A DNA stretch of 64,000 bases from IMG/VR virus record IMGVR_UViG_3300034158_000010, positions 21,303 through 85,302 of that record; one strand, 5' to 3'. The position numbers and the translations under genes are program-made. The DNA is from a virus. This document shows positions 18,521-29,075 of this stretch, in pieces. Each line of letters starts with the position of its first letter. Position 1 is the stretch's first letter. The notes beneath the pieces were generated by a model. It was given only the letters and a program-made list of their open reading frames with translations. It was not told the origin of the DNA and did no database searches.

Positions 18521-18937
18521 ATGAATAGTTTGCGTGAACGTTTCATTGAAGACACCCGTCGTTCAACTGATGCACGGCGTGATAGCTGTGGTCTGGATTT
18601 TCGGACCAGTTCTCAGAAGGGTCAGGAAGGCCGCTTCCTGAACAAGCATACCCACGCGATGTGGCTTGGTTATCAGCTGGCCCATACCGCAGCCTTTTAT
18701 GATGACAAAGTTGAGAACGAGGAATCGGTCTTGATGGGACGTTATGTCGTAATGAACCGGGTCGGTCCAGGTGTTAAGGTTAAGTCCAGTCACCACCCAT
18801 TCGTACATCGTGGTCGTAAGACTGCACTCGATGAAGCTGAGCGATTGACCCTGGAGCACAACAGTGAGTTTGTTGTATTCCGCTGTGTAGCTGCACGAGC
18901 ACCTAAAACCATTACCGAGGTCACCACCAATGCGTAA
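18521..18937 (+). CDS. Hypothetical protein
   Basis: GAGG SD. Confidence 0.8.
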   Translation: MNSLRERFIEDTRRSTDARRDSCGLDFRTSSQKGQEGRFLNKHTHAMWLGYQLAHTAAFYDDKVENEESVLMGRYVVMNRVGPGVKVKSSHHPFVHRGRKTALDEAERLTLEHNSEFVVFRCVAARAPKTITEVTTNA

Positions 18938-19631
18938 CTACACCGCTGCTCAAATCCGTACCATGGTTGAATCTCTGGGTCGTGTCTATGACATCCCGTC
19001 TCACGAGTTCATGCTCACTCACGGAACGGCTATGGTTGTTCATGGGCTGCGTACCACCACCAAGGACATGGACATCACGGTTAACACCACGGTGTTCGAT
19101 AAACTGGTCGGTTACATCGGGGCTACTACTGACATCCATGGTCAGGTGATCTGGTTGCCGGGTGCTATCGAGATCCGTCCTCTGAAGACCCTCCGTACCC
19201 CAAGCTTCTTTGAGAACCTCAACGGTTGCCGGGTGCAGTCTTTGCAGTCACTGTTGGAGACATATCAGTCGCTGCAAGCTGAACCACTTCCAGGTCGTGA
19301 TAAAGGTGCTCAAGATGGCACCAGCATTGATCTGTGTGTCGCGCGCCTTGCTCGTGAGGCGAATGAAATTGCTCGTGATGTTGAGATGACTATCCGGTCT
19401 GTAGGTGATGATCTCATCACTGCAATCATGACCATGGGTGGGACTGATATTTGGGCCAAGATCAATGGTACGGTATCGACAACTATCAAAGATGCCACCC
19501 ACAGTAAATGGCACGTGACATTCAATGCCACTGAACGCTGCGTAGACATTTACGAAGTCAGTGAAATTGATATGAACGGTCGTGTCGAGGGTGGTCGTGT
19601 AAGTTTTACTAAGAGGCTGATCACCGTATGA
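18930..19631 (+). CDS. Putative nucleotidyltransferase-fold protein
   Basis: HGTAMVVHGLRTTTKDMDI resembles the G(G/S)xA...T.DxD NTase motif. Confidence 0.55.
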   Translation: MRNYTAAQIRTMVESLGRVYDIPSHEFMLTHGTAMVVHGLRTTTKDMDITVNTTVFDKLVGYIGATTDIHGQVIWLPGAIEIRPLKTLRTPSFFENLNGCRVQSLQSLLETYQSLQAEPLPGRDKGAQDGTSIDLCVARLAREANEIARDVEMTIRSVGDDLITAIMTMGGTDIWAKINGTVSTTIKDATHSKWHVTFNATERCVDIYEVSEIDMNGRVEGGRVSFTKRLITV

Positions 19632-19861
19632 AAGCACTACTGTTGGCTACACTGATCGGGGCGTCAGGTAATGATGCTCCGAATGTTGATCAACAACACA
19701 TCTGGTTTGAAGGACCAGCTGCGTACACCGAATGTGTCATCACTGAAGCTGCCTTGCATTTCGGTACTCCAACGTCGCAGGATGGCGACAAGGTCTCTAC
19801 CTTGAAAGTCCGTGCAACTGCGACTGCAACTCGTACTACACGCTGCATCAAATTTAACTAA
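19628..19861 (+). CDS. Small secreted-type hypothetical protein
   Basis: Hydrophobic N-terminus, two Cys. Confidence 0.6.
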   Translation: MKALLLATLIGASGNDAPNVDQQHIWFEGPAAYTECVITEAALHFGTPTSQDGDKVSTLKVRATATATRTTRCIKFN

Positions 19862-19873
19862 GAGGATCTTACC

Positions 19874-20557
19874 ATGCAACCTAAGAAAATGGCTCCAACC
19901 AAAGTGCTGGCCGAACTCAACTTTCTTGAGTTCCATCAGCAGAAGGGTCAACTGGAATGCGGTACCTATCGGGTAGTGGAACACGATGGGGAAATCAACT
20001 ATGCGGTGCTGGGTCAGTGCCGTGGTACGCTGGTCTTTGATATCGACTGGTATACTGAAGACGAGTATATCAGCTACGGTGAAGATGATGCCCGCCTGAA
20101 TGCCATCATGGACTTCGATCCAGACCTCGATGAAGAACTGATGGATTCCTGGGATCGTGCGATGCATCGGGAAACTGATAACCGTTTGGCTGACGAGATC
20201 GCAATGGCTGACCATGACGAGTTCCGTCGGGTTAGTGCTGAGGATTTTGCTAACGACGATGATCGGGTTGACGACGAGCATTTGATCGTTGAGATGTCGA
20301 GGCCGGGTAAAACGCTGGGTGAGTTGTTGCGTGAGCATCTGGACAACAAACCTGAAGTTACTACCAACACTCCGATGTTCAACGAACGTCCTTACATCGA
20401 AGCTGCCGACCTGGCTGAAGCTGAGTTTGAGGATATGACAGAGCCGGAGTTTGATATGCATCGTCATGACCTCAGTAGTTTCATGGAACGTTCCCATGAA
20501 CAGCTGAATATCGCCATGGCGGCTTTACCACCTGAAGCAATTAAGAGCGGTGAATAA
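19874..20557 (+). CDS. Acidic hypothetical protein
   Basis: GAGGA SD, D/E-rich. Confidence 0.8.
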   Translation: MQPKKMAPTKVLAELNFLEFHQQKGQLECGTYRVVEHDGEINYAVLGQCRGTLVFDIDWYTEDEYISYGEDDARLNAIMDFDPDLDEELMDSWDRAMHRETDNRLADEIAMADHDEFRRVSAEDFANDDDRVDDEHLIVEMSRPGKTLGELLREHLDNKPEVTTNTPMFNERPYIEAADLAEAEFEDMTEPEFDMHRHDLSSFMERSHEQLNIAMAALPPEAIKSGE

Positions 20558-21902
20558 TGCTTCGACTAATCCGTTGGCTCATTGGGTTCTGTACCCATGA
20601 CTACGAATTGCTCTCCATTACCGATGTTAAATACGTCGGTGATGAGGGTCCTATTCAGGCAATCGATCTTGCTCACCGTGGGGCGATTAAATACCAAGCA
20701 TTACGCATGCGTTGTACGCGCTGTGGTAAAGTCACAACTAAAAAGGTTAAACCATGAATCGTTTCGGTACCTACCGGATGGAAGTTGTCGTAACCCCTAT
20801 CGATGGTAGTACGGTTAACTTCAAAGAACGTGACCTGTACTTCGGTATGGGTTTATGTCTGTCTTACACCGGGCGTAAGTATGACGGTACGGTAATCATT
20901 GAAGGTAAGGAAGATCATCTGCGTAAGCTGATGGGACAACACAACTTCAAGATCGCTGTACCGATTCACGCTGCACCAACATCAATCCCAACCGCAGGAG
21001 TACCCGTACAATGAAATTGCTTTTACACACGGCAATGTATCTGTTGGTAATGGCAGGCTTCATGCTTTGTACCAATACCTTTATTTACAAAACCATTCCT
21101 CTGATTCGTGGGGATCTGGTTGGGGTTGAACTGGAGCATGCTTTGCTGGGTAACTCCATGCTGTTCGCAGCTGGGTTTGTGGTGTGGACATTCGCACTGA
21201 CACAGATCCGGGAATTCCAACGCTCGACTGACGGTGAATGCCGTAAATGTAAATGCAAGGAGTGTAAACGTGGGTAAGCTATTCTGGAAAGCAATGCGGA
21301 TACTTATGCTGATTATCGCTGGTTTCTATGGTATCAGCATCATCGTTAGTTTGGTTGCGTATGGCGTGAACTGGTACTCACCGGGTGTACCCGGCATTGA
21401 AGACCTTCCACCGTTCCGTGATCAGATTGCCTACTACACCTCTGCGTACTTTGGTTCATACTGGATCAAGCGCAAAATCATTGACGAGGATTAATCATGA
21501 ACTTCAATTGGCGTGTAAAAGTTTTGGGTAACACCAGCGATGCTCTGCTGGCTATGGGCTTTGCTGTTAACACTTACGAGTGTGCATCAGGTGAACATTG
21601 GGTCATCGGTTGCAGTCACTCGCAGTTGGAAGCTGATGTCAAGCGTAATGGCCTGACCGCTATCACCCAGTATGAAGCAATCCGAGGTTAAGTAAATGGC
21701 AGTGTCTATCCCGGTGTCGGCATGGAATCGTTTCGTGTTTGACCGTAAAGATCCTCGACGCTGGGGAGAACAGTTCTATGATTACATGGAGCTGCATTTA
21801 TTAACCAACCCATTTGATAAAGTGTGGTGTGATGGCATGCGCCGAACTGGTTCTAAGACCGGTCGTCAAATGGTAATGAACGCACTCGATCACAGTCGTT
21901 AA
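20557..21902 (+). other. Run of six coupled small ORFs (20557-20757, 20754-21014, 21011-21277, ~21270-21494, 21497-21691, 21696-21902), two membrane-type
   Basis: Overlapping stop/start junctions and SDs. Confidence 0.7.
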
Positions 21903-21915
21903 GGAGTTCTAGCTA

Positions 21916-22167
21916 ATGGTCACTACCCGCAGTGAATTGATTGAACGTCTTCTGACCGAAGACTGCCGTAAAGCTCTGGCTGAGGTCAACGATGTTATCG
22001 CTGAAATCAAGTTGGATGAGTTTCAATTCGATGGCGATGACATGTTCGTTATCCACATGGAAACCAGGCTGTACGATAGCGAAGCTGCCTTGGTGCGCGA
22101 AGTCCTGGAAGCAGCTGGTTGGAAGAGTGTCAAGGTTAAAGATAGTCGTGTTTCGTTCAACTTCTAA
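21916..22167 (+). CDS. Hypothetical protein, 'LeaaGW' paralogue family
   Basis: RLYDSEAALVREVLEAAGW. Confidence 0.75.
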   Translation: MVTTRSELIERLLTEDCRKALAEVNDVIAEIKLDEFQFDGDDMFVIHMETRLYDSEAALVREVLEAAGWKSVKVKDSRVSFNF

Positions 22168-22177
22168 GGAGTAACCG

Positions 22178-22609
22178 ATGGGCCTTAAATATGCGGTATC
22201 AGCGCAGGTGTTTGAGAAGCAAGACCGAGTAAAGAAAGACTATGTACTCATGATGTTTGAGCGACATGGTTTCATGTACGGTGGTTTAGTACCAGCTAAC
22301 GCGGCTGCTGAGTACACAGTCGAAGCTGTACAGGCTATGGTCACTCAGCTGTACAGTGATCTTCCATGGCTACCGTTCGTGAAAGGTAACGACTACTCTG
22401 ACATCCTTACACAGTTGGATCAAATCGTTGACCGTATCCGCACGGGTACCACCGATTACTTCGACTGGGATAATGACGTGGAAGAAGTCGCTGAGTCCTT
22501 CTGCGCGGCGTACGCTCGTAATCACCGTGAGATGACTGTGCACTACGCGTACATGGCTACCCAAACCGAAACCAAACCTTACTTCAAGGAGACCCCATAT
22601 GTACGATAG
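22178..22609 (+). CDS. Hypothetical protein
   Basis: AAGGAG SD. Confidence 0.8.
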   Translation: MGLKYAVSAQVFEKQDRVKKDYVLMMFERHGFMYGGLVPANAAAEYTVEAVQAMVTQLYSDLPWLPFVKGNDYSDILTQLDQIVDRIRTGTTDYFDWDNDVEEVAESFCAAYARNHREMTVHYAYMATQTETKPYFKETPYVR

Positions 22610-22931
22610 CAATCGCGACGATACTATCCCCCGTGCCACAGAGGTACTGGGTCACTTCAAACGTAACATTACCGCCGATGCACTGAACCGTTTGCGTGAT
22701 GCTTTTAAAGCGGGTTGGAAATCACCGGTTAAGATTACCAACCCACTGGACTTTGAGATCAAGGTCGATTTCGGACGGTCCTTACCAGACGATGCGCGTA
22801 AAGCGGTAGAGTCTGAACTGGCACATCACGGATGGGCTAACCATATATTCACCACTCACGTGGTAGACGGTGTGGCTGCCGACCAACTGTTAGTGAAGCT
22901 GGATCACACCGAGGCTTGTAAGTATGCGTGA
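22599..22931 (+). CDS. Hypothetical protein, 'LeaaGW' family
   Basis: RSLPDDARKAVESELAHHGW. Confidence 0.75.
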   Translation: MYDSNRDDTIPRATEVLGHFKRNITADALNRLRDAFKAGWKSPVKITNPLDFEIKVDFGRSLPDDARKAVESELAHHGWANHIFTTHVVDGVAADQLLVKLDHTEACKYA

Positions 22932-23163
22932 ATTAGATGAACTCATCAGGCTGATTAAGATCTCGACGAGTTCGCCTCCTCACCGCAGTCCAACGACCAC
23001 TGATGCTGATTGGCACTGGCGTATCGCTATGCCGCACATCATGTCAGCTGAAGAACAAATCTACATCACCCAAGGCTTAGGCTTGACGGTGGGTAAGTAT
23101 GCCTTCGGTGGGAATACCGATAACAACGGTAAAACCCAGGTCATCAAAATCTACGTTTACTAA
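22924..23163 (+). CDS. Hypothetical protein
   Basis: Coupled ORF with GAGG SD. Confidence 0.65.
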   Translation: MRELDELIRLIKISTSSPPHRSPTTTDADWHWRIAMPHIMSAEEQIYITQGLGLTVGKYAFGGNTDNNGKTQVIKIYVY

Positions 23164-23173
23164 GAGCTAAGTA

Positions 23174-23440
23174 ATGATCCCTAAGAAAATGGATGTGTTG
23201 CGCAAGGCCCATACACCGTTCATGCGGCGTTTGATTGAACTGGTGGGCGATCACTTGACAAAGGCTGATTTCAGCAATGCCGCTGATTCATCGTGGTCGA
23301 TCACGTTCCATCTGGGGCAACGGCTCACCAGTGCTGATGAATTCTTTATTCGTCAGGAGTTGGATGCGGCAGGTTGGGGTTGTTCAGTTCGCACGCGTAG
23401 TGTGACTGAAGATTCGCTGGTTGTATTTATCCGCATGTAA
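23174..23440 (+). CDS. Hypothetical protein, 'LeaaGW' family
   Basis: RLTSADEFFIRQELDAAGW. Confidence 0.75.
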   Translation: MIPKKMDVLRKAHTPFMRRLIELVGDHLTKADFSNAADSSWSITFHLGQRLTSADEFFIRQELDAAGWGCSVRTRSVTEDSLVVFIRM

Positions 23441-23453
23441 TCAGGAGTGCTAC

Positions 23454-23624
23454 ATGGCTAAGAAATTGACTAAAGGTAAAAGAGCATTCCTCATCCAACG
23501 GGTTGGTTTGCTTCTCGAATGGGTGTGTCCTTATTGGGAGCGGGCTAATTACGCTTCCAGTATTGAGCTGGCGCGATACGTCTCAGCACAACGTGCTGCG
23601 CTTTACTTAAAGCGTAGTACATAA
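23454..23624 (+). CDS. Small basic hypothetical protein
   Basis: AGGAG SD. Confidence 0.6.
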   Translation: MAKKLTKGKRAFLIQRVGLLLEWVCPYWERANYASSIELARYVSAQRAALYLKRST

Positions 23625-23633
23625 CAACATAAA

Positions 23634-23655
23634 GCCCCTACCTCACGGTAGGGGC
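23634..23655. terminator. Bidirectional terminator
   Basis: gcccctacc-tcac-ggtaggggc. Confidence 0.85.
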
Positions 23656-23676
23656 AATATGCCTTATTTTTTTTGG

Positions 23677-25338
23677 TTACGGACCACTACGCTGGAAGAC
23701 AGGAACTGCTGTGGTAGCCAGTTGCAGGTCAGAGTCGTAAAGCTCACGTACCCAATGGATGGTCAGAGACTCACCCGGATTAAGATCGTTGTTGACGCGC
23801 AGAGCGACGTTCCACTGTTCAACGCTGAACTTGTACGAGTTGTGCAGGAACTGGCAATAGAAGTGAGTAGGTTCTGGAGCGAACTCCTCAGTTTCCAAGT
23901 TAACCAATGGTTGTGCATTGTAGTACATACGTTGCAGCCATTGCGTCTTAGATTGTGCCCCGTTAGCAAGGCGCATGTCCCAGTTGTTGGTAGAGATGTA
24001 ATCCATATCTGCAACCAACCCACGACCGTAAGATTCAATCTGGTCAGGACGAGGGAAGACTTCCCAACTAGCGCGTTGTTCACCACTGGTCAAGAGAGCA
24101 AGTTGGAACGTGCTCACGTAACGGAATGGTGCGAAACGACCGTCTACCTTATTCAGGTTAACAGCGTACGTCAGGGTTTGTACTTCACCGTAAGCCCGAG
24201 GACGATAAGCAGCCGAGTTAACACCTAGCTCTACATACGGAGTTACGTTGTAATACTGTTGACGATCTGCGTTGTACAGCCAGAACTCCAAGCGGTAACC
24301 AATCTGTGCGTTGACCCACGAAGGGTAAGCAAACAGACGGCAGCTATATGCACCGTCAGCAGGGACAGTACGAGCGATGTAGTTCTCGGTGATAGCGCGA
24401 TCAGCGGTTGGTACCAATGCATAACTAATCTCATCGGCAGCCAATTGATAACGCAGGGTGATCGGGAACTCTTGCCCTTCAGCGGTCGCTACGTAGTTCT
24501 CCAGACCCAACAAGGCCATTGGTGCAATACCAACATCCATACGGTTCTGCATGCCACCACGATACGATACAACGCCTTGCATCGGCAACGACTTAACCAT
24601 TACGTTCAATGGGAACTCGATTACCTTAGGATCGGACTGGGACAGGAATGGGGTATCAATAGCAATACCTTCAACATAACGCTTGGTCTGATCAGTCTGA
24701 CGCAGGACTTGGGTATTCATGACCAGAAGCTGTGCATAACTCACAACACCTTCTTTGTCATCATACGCCACCAGTGTTACACGCTCACCATTAGCCAGAT
24801 CAGTTGAAGTGTTACCAACCATCGGAACCTTGATCGTTTGTACTGGTTGACCGTAGATGTCTGCTGTTTCAACTGGAATGAATGGACCCAAGAAGTTCCC
24901 CGAAGAATCGTAGAACGTCGAGATCATCTCACCTGTTTCATGGTTAATGTCACTACCACGGAATACAGCGTAACTTGCGACCATCGAACCGTAGAAGTGT
25001 AGGCGCTTATCTGGCGACAACACATACGGCGTAACCGACGTATCGATAAAGCAGCGATAGGACTCAGAGCTATAGCCTGGACCAACACCTACCAACACGT
25101 TCTCTTCACCATCGGGGTCAGTGTGCGGTTTAGGTTCCCAGTCTTCGAAGGTAGGAACCCATGTACCTTCTTCTACGTCAACGACGCGTTCAAAACCTTT
25201 ATCGTAGTCAACTACCAGGTCGTTAACGTTGGCTACCCAACGATCGGTCTGGTTAGCTGCCAACTTGATTTCAGTCTTGAGCCAAACCCGGAAACCTCGA
25301 TCCGGGTTATAGAAGTTCGAGTTGTTGTAATCGGCCAT
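23677..25338 (-). CDS. Virion structural/baseplate protein (phiKZ gp26-like)
   Basis: 553 aa; recalled synteny between terminase and sheath. Confidence 0.65.
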   Translation of the reverse strand: MADYNNSNFYNPDRGFRVWLKTEIKLAANQTDRWVANVNDLVVDYDKGFERVVDVEEGTWVPTFEDWEPKPHTDPDGEENVLVGVGPGYSSESYRCFIDTSVTPYVLSPDKRLHFYGSMVASYAVFRGSDINHETGEMISTFYDSSGNFLGPFIPVETADIYGQPVQTIKVPMVGNTSTDLANGERVTLVAYDDKEGVVSYAQLLVMNTQVLRQTDQTKRYVEGIAIDTPFLSQSDPKVIEFPLNVMVKSLPMQGVVSYRGGMQNRMDVGIAPMALLGLENYVATAEGQEFPITLRYQLAADEISYALVPTADRAITENYIARTVPADGAYSCRLFAYPSWVNAQIGYRLEFWLYNADRQQYYNVTPYVELGVNSAAYRPRAYGEVQTLTYAVNLNKVDGRFAPFRYVSTFQLALLTSGEQRASWEVFPRPDQIESYGRGLVADMDYISTNNWDMRLANGAQSKTQWLQRMYYNAQPLVNLETEEFAPEPTHFYCQFLHNSYKFSVEQWNVALRVNNDLNPGESLTIHWVRELYDSDLQLATTAVPVFQRSGP

Positions 25339-25341
25339 CGA

Positions 25342-27993
25342 TTAAGTCCTCGTGATGTAAATGAATGGCGAGAGTTCCATCTCTTGACGCAACATCAGCT
25401 TCAACACACGAGTGTAATACGTGTACTGTTCGTCAGTCAGGGCAACAGGGGATTCAAACCAATGTGGATAAACCTTCACATGGTTGGTATTGTAATCGTG
25501 GTTCAGGATATCGAAAGACTTCAACCAGTCGTAAGACTTAAGCTGATTAACGATGTCCATGTCCGTATACCGACCGTTCACGTAAGGAGGTTTAAGACGA
25601 CCAGCCAACATGTCCGTCAAGATCTTTTGCGAGTAACTGGAGTAAACGTGATAGTGGCGAGGGATATTATCCGTTTGCGTACGATCGCGTCTAGGGAAGT
25701 AATACCCCATAGCGTCACTAGTCCATTGGTCACGCTTTATATCCTCGTCACGGGCCTTCAGATCGTCTTTAAACACGGTCTTGAGAGTTACCTGCGGAGT
25801 TTGTATCTGAAACGGTGCACCATTGCGTTCACCTTTGATGGTGTAAGCATTTCTGTCCTCTTCAAACACAACATCACGATAGTCTTTATAGTGGCCATCG
25901 ATGATGATACGCTGCATTTTGTTTTCATGGATGTGGTAAGCCGCGTCGTTAGACAGGATACCGTATTCCACAAACCCAACTTCACTTGGGGGATTACGTT
26001 TAAGGTCAGGTGTGCAGAAACCACTGCCTCGGGTAAGGATCGTTTGTACGCCAAGATTCGAACGGTACTCAAGGTTGTTCACCACGACCATATCGTCTTC
26101 AGTAAAGAAGTCCAAGCCATAGCACAGAGCACGGTTGTTTTCAATGACGTCGAGTTGACCGAATGGGATCTCAAGCGGTTTGTTAACCAGTCCTGCGCCC
26201 ATGTCTTCCCAAGCTGAGATCTGATAACGAATCAAACCCACGGTGTCAAGATAACGAACTTCTTTAAGGTAGAAGTACTCATCCGTCCGAACGTAACCAA
26301 GATAGCTATTAGCGGGTACGGTCCAAACCCATTTGGGGTTATAGAGATCGTCATCAAAGAACCCGTAGGTATCTCGATCAGGTGCGTCAGTAATGTCAAC
26401 CCACTCCTTGGTAGGTACACCACCCCAAACTTTGGTCACGTACACACGCCAGTTATAACCGTACTTGATCGGTACTTCAGTGTTACCGTACACACCACCC
26501 AGATTGTCAGAACCTTTACCCGTGATGCACTCGACCATAGCGCAATTAGAGGCATGTGGGAAATACTGCTTACCACCGGAGTGATAGTAGTAACCCAACA
26601 GCACACCAGCTGCGTCGTATTCGAACACAGTGCAATCGCGCCAGTAGTAGAAGGCAAGATCCGCACGGCGTACACCGGTATTAGGATCAGGTACAACTGG
26701 AGCTGGGTTATCAGCCAGCAGCTTCCCACATTCAAAGTAACCGAATACTTCACCCGCCCAATTCTGAGCGTCTACCTTACCCTGCGCATTAAGTGCTGGG
26801 TCGTTATAGGTGATCGGGTAAATGATCTTAGGATCAGCTGACATGAACTGAACGTATTGAGATCGTTCAAGGTTCTCTGCACGCCACAGCGGGTTATGTG
26901 AATCAACACCCGTCATGCACTCAAGGATCTGCCGCGAGTTAAGCTTATACAGTTCCCAGATGCGTTGTACGTCAGCAACCAGTGGTCGCTCGTAAGCCCC
27001 GTAACGAAGATACATCCGCACAGTCAAATTACTGGCATCGGTCCACACCGGGTTCTCAGCTACAAACTCTTGCACCTTACTAACCGGTAGGCTGTAGTCT
27101 TTGTGAGTCAGTTGACGTAACCAAATCCCATCGTTGTGATGGACAGTGATCCCTTTAAAGCCGCCAGCTACAGTAGTGGGCTTAGTCAGCGTCAAAGTGA
27201 TGTCGTCGTAGAAGTCAATGACCTTAGCATCTGGATCAGTGTAGTGCAGGATGTACTTACGTTGTGTGTCCAGTGTGGAGTTGAAGGTCTTGAGGTCAGT
27301 CAGAGGTAAAACCACCTCTTTCTTGATCGAACCGTCCAATACAAACTCACAGTGGTCACCTGGCTTCGCTGTAACGATGCTGATTTCGTTTACAGGGCAT
27401 CCGTTGACGTAGTACATAGCAACACCGCCCTTAGCGGCTAACGTGTCTATACAGCGGATCTGGAGCTGTCTGATCGAATCCTGTGTCGGAGCGATAATAC
27501 AGTCGGTAATGATCCACCGGCGATTAGCTTCTGCTGAACGTACGGAGTCGAAGTAGGCATTGTGATACAGGTGCAGGTAAATCTGGTGATCATCCAACGT
27601 TGGGAACAGGTCGTTGATCTTTACAGCTACCAAAAGGTTCTCACGACTGGTAACCATCACGTAGGTTTCAGACATGCTGTAACGAATACCGTTGGTCTGG
27701 TAGACGTCTGCTAATGTCAGGTGTGTAGACGCTAAGTCTTTCAACTTGATCCAAGTGTCACGGCGCAACAAACCCATACCGACGTTTGCTGGAATGACCT
27801 GTCCAATTTGATAGACGTGATAATAGTCACGGTTGTTGTTAGTCGGCATGAAGTACCGAGTCTGTTCAACAACGTAGTTTGACCGCACACCGTAGCGTGG
27901 GGTCAATTGCTGGAGAGCATACGTGAACTGGTTATCAACAGCGGGGTTACACCAGACATTATCAATTGCGTAGCGCAAGAGATAGTTATCCAT
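25342..27993 (-). CDS. Virion structural/baseplate protein (phiKZ gp27-like)
   Basis: 883 aa, N-terminal A..NVWCNP..D.Q; synteny. Confidence 0.7.
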   Translation of the reverse strand: MDNYLLRYAIDNVWCNPAVDNQFTYALQQLTPRYGVRSNYVVEQTRYFMPTNNNRDYYHVYQIGQVIPANVGMGLLRRDTWIKLKDLASTHLTLADVYQTNGIRYSMSETYVMVTSRENLLVAVKINDLFPTLDDHQIYLHLYHNAYFDSVRSAEANRRWIITDCIIAPTQDSIRQLQIRCIDTLAAKGGVAMYYVNGCPVNEISIVTAKPGDHCEFVLDGSIKKEVVLPLTDLKTFNSTLDTQRKYILHYTDPDAKVIDFYDDITLTLTKPTTVAGGFKGITVHHNDGIWLRQLTHKDYSLPVSKVQEFVAENPVWTDASNLTVRMYLRYGAYERPLVADVQRIWELYKLNSRQILECMTGVDSHNPLWRAENLERSQYVQFMSADPKIIYPITYNDPALNAQGKVDAQNWAGEVFGYFECGKLLADNPAPVVPDPNTGVRRADLAFYYWRDCTVFEYDAAGVLLGYYYHSGGKQYFPHASNCAMVECITGKGSDNLGGVYGNTEVPIKYGYNWRVYVTKVWGGVPTKEWVDITDAPDRDTYGFFDDDLYNPKWVWTVPANSYLGYVRTDEYFYLKEVRYLDTVGLIRYQISAWEDMGAGLVNKPLEIPFGQLDVIENNRALCYGLDFFTEDDMVVVNNLEYRSNLGVQTILTRGSGFCTPDLKRNPPSEVGFVEYGILSNDAAYHIHENKMQRIIIDGHYKDYRDVVFEEDRNAYTIKGERNGAPFQIQTPQVTLKTVFKDDLKARDEDIKRDQWTSDAMGYYFPRRDRTQTDNIPRHYHVYSSYSQKILTDMLAGRLKPPYVNGRYTDMDIVNQLKSYDWLKSFDILNHDYNTNHVKVYPHWFESPVALTDEQYTYYTRVLKLMLRQEMELSPFIYITRT

Positions 27994-28004
27994 TGTTTGT
28001 TCCC

Positions 28005-28946
28005 TTAGTCGAAGTTTTCGTACTGTTCGCTTACTTGACGGAATACCATGTCGGTAAACCCTTTAAGCTCATGTGGACGAGCCACGGTATCGGCACGTTG
28101 AGACAATACTGTCTTACGATAACTGCGGTCACCCACAGCCATATACAACATAGCGATGTATGTCGGGAGATGTTCCAAGGCTACGCCAACGTTCTCACGG
28201 GAGTTGGTGCCGAACCAGCTGTTAGACAGCAACAGGAAGAGATCCTGAAACTTAAGCTTACCGGTACGTTCCTGATAAGACTTAGTCGACATGGCTTCTG
28301 CCAGATCATCAGCATTCTTCAGAGGACCCACGTCAAGGATAACGTTGATAACGAAGTCAGGTGGTACGCCAGTGATACGCGATACAACCGAAGCGAACTG
28401 TTGACGGGCTTCTTGGTTAGCGTCCTGAAGTTCAGGCATGCACATTGCGTAATAGTAGTAGGCGCAAATAACCCACAAGGCCATCTGAGATTCGATGGTT
28501 AAACCGAACTTGGTTACGAGTGGCCCACTAACCCAACGAGTGAACACCTTGGCTGGAATATCACCGAGGCGGCTAAACATGGAATCATCACCTTTCAATA
28601 GGCGTGTATTCAATGCCATTCGGATACATTGAAAACTCCAGTCGTTGTTTGCTGCCAGACGATATGTACCTTGGCGTGCGTCGTACTTAAAATACTGCCG
28701 TCCATCGATCAACAGCTTAGGCTCTCCTTGCGTCCCAATATCAATGTACTGGGTGAACATAGGGATCGACTCGTGCTCTGGAATCGGGGTAACGAAATAA
28801 CAGTTTTTAAGCAGGTAATTGGCTGGCGTCTTTACCTGAGGAAAAGGTTCACTGAGTTCAGCCTTTCTCACCTCACGGTAGAGTTTGTCAAGACCTGCCT
28901 GTGAATAAATGCTACAGATTTTCGTTTGATACGGTAGGGTATACAT
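28005..28946 (-). CDS. Conserved virion-associated protein (phiKZ gp28-like)
   Basis: M..PYQT start, VALEHLPT motif; divergent from sheath. Confidence 0.65.
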   Translation of the reverse strand: MYTLPYQTKICSIYSQAGLDKLYREVRKAELSEPFPQVKTPANYLLKNCYFVTPIPEHESIPMFTQYIDIGTQGEPKLLIDGRQYFKYDARQGTYRLAANNDWSFQCIRMALNTRLLKGDDSMFSRLGDIPAKVFTRWVSGPLVTKFGLTIESQMALWVICAYYYYAMCMPELQDANQEARQQFASVVSRITGVPPDFVINVILDVGPLKNADDLAEAMSTKSYQERTGKLKFQDLFLLLSNSWFGTNSRENVGVALEHLPTYIAMLYMAVGDRSYRKTVLSQRADTVARPHELKGFTDMVFRQVSEQYENFD

Positions 28947-29075
28947 CAAGGTGTATCCTTCTCTAGGGTTGTAAAATTTAACTAGTGACGTCAACTATGT
29001 TTAATAAATATGATTGACTGTTAGTTAACACTCATAACATCGAGTTCAAAGCTCCACATTTGGGAGAACCAAAAG

